NCBI GenBank assembly: GCA_038496445.1
Contig: JALMLS010000488.1
Coordinates: 62,001 to 126,000, forward strand
Source of the DNA: Trichosphaerium sp. ATCC 40318
Lineage: Eukaryota; Protista; Tubulinea
Reading direction: 5' to 3'
DNA length: 64,000 nt
In this document: positions 13,682 to 26,830 of the stretch, in pieces
Numbering within the stretch: position 1 is the first letter of the stretch
Layout of the letters: each line of letters begins with the position of its first letter
Notes under the pieces: model-generated
What the model was told of the DNA's origin: nothing
The model's database searches: none
The model's input: the letters and a program-made list of their open reading frames with translations, nothing else
Position numbers and translations under genes: made by a program

Positions 13682-15867
13682 TTGCTACTCCAACGTAAAC
13701 GACAATTAAACCAAACTCGACCAACGAATGCTGAAGAGCTAACAACGAATCAACTGGCCTTAGCCAATGTTACTAAAAAGCTTGAAGCTCTTTTACAAGC
13801 TGACAGCAGCGTTTCAAGCCAAATAACTACTGCATCACGTGCGGTTGGTACACCAACAAGGAAACAGCTCAAAGACAAATTCAAAGACCTCCAACGCGCA
13901 ACAAAACAAGCACTGATGTCCTCAAGTGACTTGGGAAGCAACACATCAGAAGAGCTTGTCACCAAACCCATTCAAAAGCTACAATGTTGCGTTATACACG
14001 ACTTGTCGCTGTACCAGCGCGCATCGAACAGTGTGCTATTGTGTAAGGTATTCACTCAATGCAACATGAAGGTAGGCGTCAGTTTTGGCGTAGAAGATGT
14101 TGATGGCCATGTTATTCTAGCAAGTGTTTATAACACACTTGAGGCTACCCAGAAGGGGCTAGATAAAGTTTTTTACCCTGGACGTGTCATCGCTTGGAAA
14201 GCACCGTACTTGAAACTATCAGCTCATGGGCCAAACACATTCATTCGATGTGACAACCCTGATAATCTCGAGTTCATTGATGATCTCTCCTCGCCTGTTC
14301 TCATGTCTACGTCTTGGTATATCAAGGCTTCTGTTTCAGCTGATTGTACAGCAGATGGATGGAAGCTCAAGGGTAATGCATGGGTGGCAGATGGGAAATG
14401 GGTTGAAGCCATCAAGTGCTATACAAAGGGCATTGATATAGATTCAAGTCATTTTATTCTCTTGTCGAACCGTAGCCAAGCTTTTATCAAACTTGGACGA
14501 TGGGAAAAAGCTCTAAGTGATGCAAAAAGAGCACTTGAAATCAATCCAAAACATGAAAAGAGCTCTTTCAGAGCCGCTACTGCCTTGTTTGCTCTAGAAC
14601 GCTATTCTGAAGCACTGCCTTACTATGAGAGAATAACATCTTCTGCAGTCAGGATACAGACGGAGCGGACGAGGACGGCTATTAAGCAAAGTGAGGAAGG
14701 TTCTTATGACTGGGTACAAATGATCAAGACATTTATGAGCACATCGTGTACAAGGTTCAATTGTGCTAGTTTTATATCACGCCAAGTTCGTATAGATGAA
14801 GTTTCCGGAAAAGGACGTGGTATTGTCGCTAACTGTGATATTCCATCAGGTAGCTTGATATTTGTCGAAAAGGGCATAGCGATGGTATACGAAAAAGAAG
14901 CTGAAGGTATCTCTTTAGACATTGAATATGGTGTCAAAAGGATAAAGGACAAAGTCACTAAAGGTAAGCGTAAACACTTCATTCTTTGACGGATGTAGAT
15001 ATCTGTTGATTGAACTAACATTTAATAGCATTAATTGGTCGGATAAAGAAAAGAGTACAACGCGATGAGCTTGTTAGGAATAGGATAAATAATTTGTCTT
15101 GTAATGATTTTTCAGAAGCAGTTGCAAGTCAAGCGATTGGGACTTCTATAAAACATGCTATTGGCACTAATGCATGGCGAATATACAATAGATTAAAACC
15201 TAAAGAAGAGGGGGCAATACTTTTCTACTGGATCAGCCTGTTAAACCATGACTGCAACCCGAATGCCTCACTTTATTTTTTTGGAAACCTTGGGATTGTC
15301 AAGACTTTAAGAAAACTAGAAAAAGATGAAGAACTTGTCATTTCTTATGTTCCCACAGATCACTTTGTAACAGAGCGGCGTGATGGCCTAAAGTTTAGGT
15401 CTTTCAAGTGCAGTTGTAGTCGATGCAAGAAGGAGTTAAATGCATCTAATATTGAGCTGTTTAACGAAATAGAAGGTTCAATACAGGAACTTCTAGACAG
15501 TGCCAAGCGAGGGAATAAGAATTTACACCAAAGTCCAGATTTCTTACAAACAATGGAACTCATAAAGCGCCTTAAGGATGATTTCTCTGTAGCTTTGATA
15601 GGGTTATTAAAAGTGGTTCTGATAGCCTGCTCTGGTAGGGTTGGCGTTGACGCAATTGACCTTCGCACACGCTTGGTTAACTTGCACAGTTACGAATTAC
15701 ATGGCGGTAACGGATGTCGTATTGCATTGGACTGCATTGTGCTCTCTCTTATGGATTCAAAAAACTCAGAAAAATGGCAAAGTCAAGCGAAACATTGGCT
15801 CCAAATGGTAGTGCCCAATTGTTTAGTAGACTCGCTGTACAATGAACTATCTAGAGTTACTAAGTAA
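13682..15867 (+). CDS. TPR + SET domain lysine methyltransferase (start uncertain)
   Basis: TPR motifs (WKLKGNAW...AIKCYTKGI, LSNRSQAFIKLGRWEKALSDA). SET motifs SGKGRGIVA, LLNHDCNPNA, EELVISY and post-SET FKCSCSRC. One intron near 14964-15029. Confidence 0.85.
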
Positions 15868-16573
15868 AGTCTGCACATGCAAAAACCGACATAACACCAT
15901 CCTCTTTATTAATCTTACATGCAACGTGTTGATAACAGTTTTTCCAAATATTGCTATCTACGAAAACCTATTTTGTGCTAACTCTATACTATTTTCAGAT
16001 CGTTTGTGACCACAACGTACCGTGCTAGTTCCAGAAATAACTTTTTTACTAGCACAATGCGGAGGCATACTATCAAACTCACATAACTTTATTACCAATG
16101 TATTATGCGGTTGACGTCGGTGACGCTGTAAGTCATTAACGGCTTGAAAAAATACAACAAGTTAAACTTAGTAAATGAATCTCTTGGTTTGTGGACCCAT
16201 GTTGCTATGTTGGTAGAGCTCTATCACGTGCCTCAAATTAAACAGATCAGTACGTCGTTTGTATATGACTAAAAACTTATATACTACTGTGTAAACGCAA
16301 AGAAGGGAGTTTCAAGCGTTCTCCAAGCTTTTCTTTTTTCTCGGTTCTACTTTAGCCAAATTACGCTTGTGTTATAGCAACAACGTAGAGACCGGAGCTT
16401 TAGTTTTCATACAGCGAGTCCTTTTCGGTGTCTCGTAATGGTACACACAGTAGCTGAAAATCAATGAGAGCAGAGTATTTTTCAGAAATTTGAGAAATTC
16501 CGCTAGTTGTGTTACGTTTCCATTCATTATTACAAGGATCAAACCTCAGTAACAACACAAAAAAACAACAATC

Positions 16574-17987
<1,414 letters not shown>

Positions 17988-18413
17988 GTGCATTGATTGT
18001 ATTTTTAAATACTTAATAAATTGTCCATTATACATTCTCGTCTTTGTTGCAGTGAAAACCGAGGCAGTCTAGGCTTGTACAAAATTGTTTATTTTGTTAA
18101 CTACAGCGGTAGTATTTATTACCAGTCAGTTCTTGCATTTGCTGTATCTGCCTCAAGTAGGCTGTTCTGGTTGGTTACACTGCACTGTCGTCTAAAATCA
18201 GAAAAATAAATCAGGAAATAAGGTTTGGATTATCAATCGTCAATTTACTTCTAAGATACTATTGTTGCAATTCTGCACCCGTGGCTGGTATGTATGATGT
18301 ATACCTTCGCATAACAGATACATTATGTGTTAAGGCTAAAGCTCAAAGGAGTAGCTTAGACGTTAGCAAAAATCAAGAGAATTTCATATGTAAGTTCAAG
18401 TTTCAAACAGCAA

Positions 18414-18485
18414 GCCTTCTTAGCTCAGCGGTAGAGCGAACGGTTCTTGTCCGTTTGGTCATGGGTTCAATCCCCATAGGAGGCT
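18414..18485 (+). tRNA. tRNA-Lys(CTT), atypical anticodon loop
   Basis: 72-nt cloverleaf: acceptor GCCTTCT/AGGAGGC, D arm GCTC/GAGC, anticodon arm AACGG-TTCTTGT-CCGTT, T arm ATGGG-TTCAATC-CCCAT. TTTT just downstream. Confidence 0.8.
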
Positions 18486-19448
18486 GTAAATACTTTTAGT
18501 ATGCACGTTACAGAGTTTACAAACTAAAATTAATACCTGAAATTGCATACTCTAATTCAAACACAACAAGTCCATTTCGCCACTAAACTTGATTATATTC
18601 AAATAAAATGGGTGCTTTTATACACTGATGTGTGCAAGAAAATAACAATCGGACGTAACAGAGCTCAAAATCAAGAAAAGAAAATTTCAGTGAACGTTGC
18701 CGTTTCAAATCTTTGGCACTTTGATCACACATCCCACAATTTTATTAATTCTACACAATGCTGATGATAAAAGGTTATTGACGTTTCCTTTTCATGTGTT
18801 TCTCGGCCTAATGGCTTTGATCATATGTAGTAAAACTTCAGCTTGGGTTAAACCCCAGGCAAGTGACCACGTGTCACTTCCTTCTTAACTCATTATTTGG
18901 AAAACTAGTGGTGCATTGATATTGCTTGCAATGTCAGTTTCCACACAGTGATTATCCTAGCACAGCACCACCCACTAGAGTCGTAGTCACTTTTTTATGC
19001 TCTTCGGATGAGTTCTAAAAGTATTTTGCAATCTAATGTAAGGAAGTGGTATTGACCGCCTTTTGGCGTAGCTGTAAGCTAGATTTCCTTATACTAATTG
19101 TCAAATGATTGTACAAGCATGCTTTTTCTTCGCCATATGAATGCTGTTATGATCAACAAAATATCACCCAATTAAGCAAGCACTGTAAACGACGTTGAAT
19201 GGTCTAGCGGTTGTGCGCGATGCATACTTTGTCACCCTTGGTAATATTAGACACTATTGTATTGTAGTACATTAAAACGTGATATAATAATTTAACATTA
19301 TATTGTGGTTCTTGCTACAAACATAACGGCGATATCACCGTAATCTTTTTGCCAAATTTGTGTCGTACCGCGGTCAATATTTTTACGTTGGCTTCTTTCT
19401 TGTGCGCTGCTATTGATGCTGCAGCAAGTTAAGACATAGACGGGTAGT

Positions 19449-22148
19449 ATGGCAGTTGCCCCACGGAAAAAAAGGCGGGTGAGCAGTAAAAGGGTTTGTA
19501 ACAGCTGCCGCACCCTCAAGTTTGAGTGTGATGGCGGTGAGAATTGCTTTAGATGCTCTGAATTAAATCAAGACTGTATTTACCCAACAATGTACCAGTC
19601 CACTCGCTGTGCGTCTGATATTATACTCCGGGTATTTCCTGATTAATTTAAATAGCAGCAAAAGATATGACGATATCAGACCTAAAACAGGAGCTTAGCG
19701 ATAAGACAGACGAAGTTGAGTATTGGCGAGCTATGTTTGAGGAACAAAAGCGATTGAAACGGGAGAAACAGCAGGGTTTTCTTTGGCACATTGCTAAACG
19801 TCTCAACATAACCGCTTCCGTTTCTCAATGGCTTCGAGTATATAATGAGAGGCTTTCATGCATTTTGGTGCGATAATAGGCGTATTTTTCTGAAACGTTT
19901 TTTTTTTCCCACAACGCTAATATAAATAGGCTGTACCGAGTCGTCACTGGACAGGAAGCTACGCAGTGGAAGCTTTTAATAGCGACTCGAGTACGTTTGA
20001 TTTAAATCAATAGAACTTGTCTGTATCCTCGCCGCTTGACTAATGATGTTGCTTTAGTAATGTTGTTAGTACATAGAATGGGGTGAGGATACAGTTTGCG
20101 ATTGTTGAGGCTCGTAAGGTAACAATCACATGCAAACACTTTTTTGTTCTAGTTTTTTGGAAGAGTCACCCTGAGACTGTTGAGCTTTTGGCGTTTCTTG
20201 CACTTGGCGCAGGAGAATCTGGAAATAGCTTTAGTGCAGATTATATGTATAATATATGTATGGGAATTATAGACGAGTTAAAAGACGCAATACATGACTG
20301 TCTCGCAAGTACGTGACAGAGGAAAAAACTTTTGTTTCAAATATTTCACAAGCGTTGCCTTTGCCACCTGTATCCTGTGTTAAAATACAATCACAATGAT
20401 TTATACATACTACAAGATATGTTTTTAGGTACGGTAGAGTGTGTAAATTGCCGGGATATGGAAGGAAGGGCCACACGACTTGTATTTTTTTGCCTTTTTT
20501 TTACACTATGGGCAAATGGATTGTCTATTTATTTTTCTTTAAGCTGGTGAGATACTACTGGGTTATTACTGCATATTTTCTGGTAAAAGCGAAGGTTTTG
20601 CCCTCCAAAATAAAGGAAACGGTACGCACACTCACTAAAAAAAGAGCTACTTGTTCGTTAGCAGACTCTCTGGTTTTTTTTTCTGAACTTGTCACAATTG
20701 CAAAGTTTCAGTTTTTTTGTTCACTTAACTGACGTGTGCTTTCTAGAAATAATAAAACAGATTTGTATGGATAATACAAATCGAAAACAACAAAAGCGCA
20801 TCTTTACACGATCTATTGAAAGTCTTAAGCTTATTTCAATGCAGCTTAGAATGTACACAAAAAATTTCATGCTTGACAGGTGAGTTTAAAAAAACCAAAT
20901 ATTTTGTGATCATGTTTTACATGTTACAGCGGTCAAGTTGTCCAAAATTACTACTAATGTATAGTCTTATCATACACAGCAAAATTATATGGTAAATGGG
21001 AAGCCAGTAGTTAGATACCTTGACCGCTGTAGTCCATAAAAAACCGTTACAAAAAAATATATCTGCTTATTGAGCAAACTTATCTTGTTCTTACAAAACC
21101 TAAGGTCACTTGAACTTGACAATGCTGTATATTTGTATTCGCAATTATCTTATATACTTCAAATGAAATCACCATCAATAGAACAATATTTAATGATTTC
21201 ATGGACTGTTTGCGTGAAGGCAAGAACTCACAAAAAAATTCACAATAATTTGTTTATTTATTTTTCTTTACAGATTTGGTACACCATTTCAACGACAGCT
21301 CCTGCAACAATCCTTCAAACCAAGTCTATACCTTTAAACTCAATGAAAAGAATTGTACGTCAAAAAAGAAAAAAACTGAATGAACTGCTGTGAAGGCAAG
21401 TACTAACTCTTTTTTTTTTCCTCAAAAAGAACAAAGACGAAGTAGCACAATTTTTATATGATATCCAGTATCTGAGACTATACGATGAATTAGTACAACA
21501 ATGTCATTCTAGTATTTATAAAAACTGGCAATCAATACTAAGTTTTGTTTCTGCATTGACTTACTATGCTGGAGGACTTCCGGAGCAAGCATCGAAAGTA
21601 AGAAAGGAAATAGAAAAATGTTATTCTTATCTTTTTTTTCAGCATGCAAAAGCTGCTTTTAAATTGTTAGTTGGCCTTGCAAGACTAAGAAAGGGTGATA
21701 TAATTACATTATGCATGCTTCTTGATATTTGTACAATAGCAATACAATTGAAAGATGATTTATTTTTTGAAAAGGTACCTACCAACCGTTGTTTGTGGCT
21801 TTTTTTTTCAGTTTTTTTGGGTTTTTTTGGTTTTTTTATTATTACAGCTGTTCAGAGTCTTATTGGTTTTTTTCTTTAATAGGTGATTATATTCTTAGAT
21901 TCACAGTTTGGTAGAATGACTGCTTTACCATATACAACGTACGTTAAACAGAAATCATAATTTTGGTTGAAAAAAAAACCATACTAATATTTTTGTTCAG
22001 TGCTTTATTTCTATTTGCAAAAGACACAGCTCTTGATTTTTCAAAGCCAGATATTCTTCATATGATGTTTGATCTTCCTCGTGAAATACGTAATCCTCCT
22101 CCTCCATCACCAAATGATACATTAGATACTCCTCCAGGATCACCTTAA
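19449..22148 (+). CDS. Zn(II)2Cys6 binuclear-cluster transcription factor
   Basis: CNSCRTLKFECDGGENCFRCSELNQDC followed by a coiled coil and a many-exon helical body. Ends PPGSP-TAA. Confidence 0.8.
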
Positions 22149-22417
22149 GACCAAATCAAAAACCAATTTTATTTGTACAATAAAAGATAGGTAGCTTGTC
22201 GAATGACAACACGTTGTCTTTTTGGTCCAAAAATATGATCAAGCCTTTCTAGGGGTGGCTGTGGACCGTTCCTGGCTATTGTAGTACTTTAAAACAAGTC
22301 TTTATTAGCTATATCATACAAATTAACTCGGACTCATACTAACACATTTCCTACGACGTTTGGTTTGGACAACGTGTGAAAAACTAATTTTGTACAAAAG
22401 GTGGAAGTGGAGTATTA

Positions 22418-24909
22418 TTATTTAAACTTTATAAAACAGCCTACTCCAATACATACAACTATCAACGCCACAACTAGATGCAAACGTAAATAACACTCCT
22501 TAAAAAAAGTGAAGATGGAAAAAAAACGTACTGATACCGATTGCAATAAATATCCATATCGCCATACAAACATCTCCAATACATGTTTGAGTAGGGTCTC
22601 TATTATCTTGTGCAACACTAGGTTGAGATGGTTGAGAAGAATTGCTGCTTGTAGGCGCTGCAGATGGTACGATAGTCGTAGTTGTTGACACTGATGGCGA
22701 AGTCACTCCAGTGGATGGTGTCGGTGGTACTGCACTCGATGAAGGAGCAAGTGTTTGATCTACTGGCGCATCAACAGGTTCACTAGTTGGGATCCCTGTT
22801 GGAGTGCTTGTTGAAATAGCAGTTGGTGGGTTTGTAGGGAAGTCAGTTGGAGATACCGTGGACATAAAGTTTGAACATGATGGTGCTAAAGTGTTATTGA
22901 ATACCCAACCAAGACCTACATGCTAACAGTTAGTAACTTTTTTTGGAATCCATTTTAGGAACAACTATAGTATTTACAACGTACTCTCTAATATTGAAAT
23001 CTCGGGTGGTTGTAACTGTCGCTTAAGTATACCTGGAAATATTCCCGGGTTCATTACAGCTTGTGGCATTTGTGTACTATCAATATGTGACATGCTTGAT
23101 CCTCTACAAAAATAATATTTAATCACGTGTTAAAAGTTAAAAACATCAAAAACTCGAATTTTTTTTGGGTTCCTTTTTTCTTTCTCGAAAAATCTTGTAC
23201 CTTTGGAACGATGAAGGGAAATAAAGTTGGGGTAGAGTACCACAAGCATCAGTTTCTTGCGATTTGTATACTATTGGCCCAAAGGCACCTCTTCAAGGAA
23301 GAATGTTAGCATGAGCGTGATTGTCAATGCTTTGTTGGAAGCTGCTGTAAAGCATTGTTCCTTGACGTACGTTAATCCTGGAGTTGTGGTGCGCAGGAAT
23401 CCAAGGCTGTTAAATAGTGTTTGGTTGAAGTTTTGGAGATACATTGAACGCTCATATTCGGTTCTGAAGTTTGTAAGCTAAACAAAGAGAGTTGGAAAGT
23501 GTAAAGTTTTTGGACTTTTCTTATTTTGTTTTCGTTTGTTGTTTTGCTTCTTTTTGCATACCGTTGTACTTGACGAGCCATCTGAAACTACAATACTAGT
23601 CAGTTATTGAACTATGTAATATAGTGGATAAATACAACGACGTACGTGTAAGACTTGCAAAGCCAAATCCGTGCAGAATTTCATGAAGAAGAACAGTAAA
23701 AAAATCATACCTAAAACAAGTTATTTCTTTTTGCAGACCAATATATATTGACACTGGGTTTATACGTACTCATTTCTTGCTATATTATTGCTCATAGATA
23801 AATGGTAACCTAGGCGAAAAAACGTGAGTAAATGATAATAAAAAAGCACTCGTGTAGGGTTTAAACATTATATTCTAGCAGGTTCTCTATGTATGCATCA
23901 TTCAAGGGTCCCCACATACGTTGACTATTGGCTCTGAAACAAACTTAATATCTTTATCCTGGGCCATATTAGGCGGCCAAAAGTCACGTGCTGGGTACCT
24001 TGAGTGATGCGACACAAAGCTTCCAAAAACCCGAAATAAATTTTATCATATTGGGTAGGTTTGTTTTTTTTTTGGATTGTACAAGACACTTCATGGTGTA
24101 AAACAAATAAACGTACGTGCTCCAAAATTAACAATGACAGATATATCAGCGAGATTATGTTGAGGATATGGTTTTCTGTTAAGCTCATAACGTAGTGTGG
24201 CAGCACCACGGTTAAAATTATTAGGGAAACCAACCCAGAATGTTCCAGCTGCTGCCAACCTTGAGGAAGTTTGATCGTTTTCAGAAGTCTCAAAAGTAAC
24301 AGAAAGAGTCCTCTTTGCTAAAACATAACGTAAGCACTTAGTTTAACTTAGTTAAACGGGCTATAACTGAAGTTTACCTCTGTCGCTATTTGGAAAGTCA
24401 AGAATACCACCTAAGTACTGTAGTAGTGTTTCAACTATACTTTGAGCCTATTAGGCACGTGTTAACTGATGAAAAAACTGCAACAACTGAACACAAAGCA
24501 AAATCCCCTGAAGTCTCCAAATCCGTATGTCGAACTTACTTGAGGACCATCTGTAGGATCATCAAATCCTATGCCTGTACCATCATCACAATCAGTAAAA
24601 TAAACTTCCCATGAAATAGTATGCGAATCAACCTGTTTGTTGAAGGTGAATTAGAAGAGCACGTGTGTGAAAGGGCGTAATTATGGTAATGTTTACAATC
24701 AATGTTGGTGTTGATCTTTTCCACGTGATAAACGTAGTGTTTTTTATTTGTTTACACTCTGTGTCGTAGCACTGGAACGCCTTTGGCTCTATAAGAATAT
24801 TAAACGATGCGTAGAGAAAAAAGAACTCCGAGGCACCTTCTTCAGACGCATAGATGGTTAAAATGAATGTTAATAGGTAAATTACGGCGTACAGGCACTT
24901 TAGCGTCAT
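22418..24909 (-). CDS. Membrane-anchored zincin metalloprotease with Ser/Thr/Pro stalk
   Basis: Signal peptide MTLKCLYAVIYLLTFILTIYA, GIGFDDPTDG, YDFFTVLLHEILHGFGF (HExxH), GSSMSHID...VMNP, S/T/P-rich stalk and a C-terminal TM helix. Confidence 0.8.
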
Positions 24910-25450
24910 GTAGCCTTGTGTTTGAAGGGAGTAAATTATGTACACTTACGTAGGTACAACACAAAAAAGTCTTCGCAATTCTTGTTGTGTCTAGAAATTC
25001 TATCTAAATCTTTGCAAAGCCAGATTTCTTGTGTAAACTAAAAAGCATCTTTTCGTCATGATGAACAATGTAAAGTGTCATCATCGAGCACATGATTTCT
25101 ATTGCACTGGTGCTAAGGCATTTACATCTGCGGAACCTATGTCCATTTTTAATGTTAGTACTGAGGATGGGTGGCGCATCTGTAGCTGTAGCCGTATAGA
25201 GGAAAATAATAGGGTTATCGCTAAAAAAGATGTTCAATAAGCCATTAAGTTCAGTAAAAATGGAGACATGTAATTCTTCGCACCTTAACTATCACTAGTC
25301 TCATATACCTGCGGGCAAAAGGTACAATGGCAGCGCACGAATAGTGGATTAAAAAATCAACAGTTGACCAAGGTATTAATGCATGTGCTCACATAGGTGA
25401 AGAATTTTGTTCTAATAGCTATCGGTTTTATTTATTACCAGTCTAGTCAT

Positions 25451-26571
25451 ACACGTTGTTTCTTACATATTTGTTGTATCACGTGACTGTTGCTATTTGC
25501 ATGAATCATTGTTAGGCCTAACAGCGTCCGTTTCCACGCAAACAGTCTTTATAGTCATCATAGCAAGCTCTCCATTTTCTGTCAATGCAGCTGTCTGCAC
25601 TTCTCTTCCAAGGACACTCGCGTTCTGCTTGGTGAAAACACCTATTTTTTATGCTAACACAACACCTCCAAACCTATAAAAGAGTTTAAGCATGTAAATA
25701 TGATTATGTTATGATACCAAAAACGCATGGAGACATGTACAGAAAGTAAGGAAACACAAAAAATGTTTGATAAGTACTTACCGATTGTTCTGATTTTTCA
25801 CTCCGACATACTACCTGTGTTATACAGATTATGACAATGAAGCATAAGAGTAGTAGAGCTGTTGTTTGCATGTTGGTATGGTTTAAATTATACTTCTTTT
25901 TACAGGAGTTTTACATGATCACGTTATTGTTTGCGTTATTTTACACTTTAAAAATCCTTTACTCATAACAAATAGGTAGCAGTATCTCATCGCTATTGGT
26001 ACTTGCCCAAATCATATTTGGGATAGTACTTTAATTATGGTAATGTGAATCCCTTATCGAAGTACAGAAAAACGGCCGTATGCTATATAATGAGCTATCA
26101 ACAGTTTTTCTGAAGTTAGAACGCTCAATTTTAATCAATGTAGAATTGATTGCTTTCCTAATGATGTTACATGATGTTTTACTGATAATGCTGCTACAAG
26201 TTGACTCCGAGATATAAATCATTGAGATACTGCAAGTCTTGATTGGCTAGAACGGGTTATTTTCATAAATTACAATAATTGTAGTATTTACAGTTTACTT
26301 TGATGAGCTTTGTTTTTATGGCAAACTGTTGCCGTCAAAGGGATTTTTAAGGTGTACAATAATAATGCAAACAATAGCATGATAATGTAAAACTCCTGTG
26401 CAAACCAGAACGTGATTGTCCTTGCGCGAAGTACGTACAGCTGCATGATAGAAAATGGAGAGCTTGCTATGATGACTACAAAGAATGTTTGCGTGGAAAC
26501 GACGCTGTTAGGCCTAACAATGATGCAAATAACTAGAGCCACGTGATACAACAAATGCATAAACAACGTGT
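25451..26571. repeat. Degenerate long inverted repeat (foldback/MITE-like relic)
   Basis: 25451-25632 matches the reverse complement of about 26400-26571. Similarity resumes at 25901-25960 versus about 26335-26400. Confidence 0.8.
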
Positions 26572-26830
26572 AAACAATCTAGCTAGCCTTGCAGTATTAC
26601 AGATATGTTATTTTCAGCAAGGTTTCGTGACTACCTGAGTTTAATGGTTCCAAATTTCCCATTACTATGATGCTATCTTACAAAGCTTGCGTAAAGGTAT
26701 ATGCTGTTATATCATATGGTAATTGTAAGCAGGTAAATAGACTGTACATACACCACAATACGATTAGTTTCATTGTGCTTTATAATTTACATTTTTTGGT
26801 GATTCATCTTGCACCTCTCTTAAAATTAGT

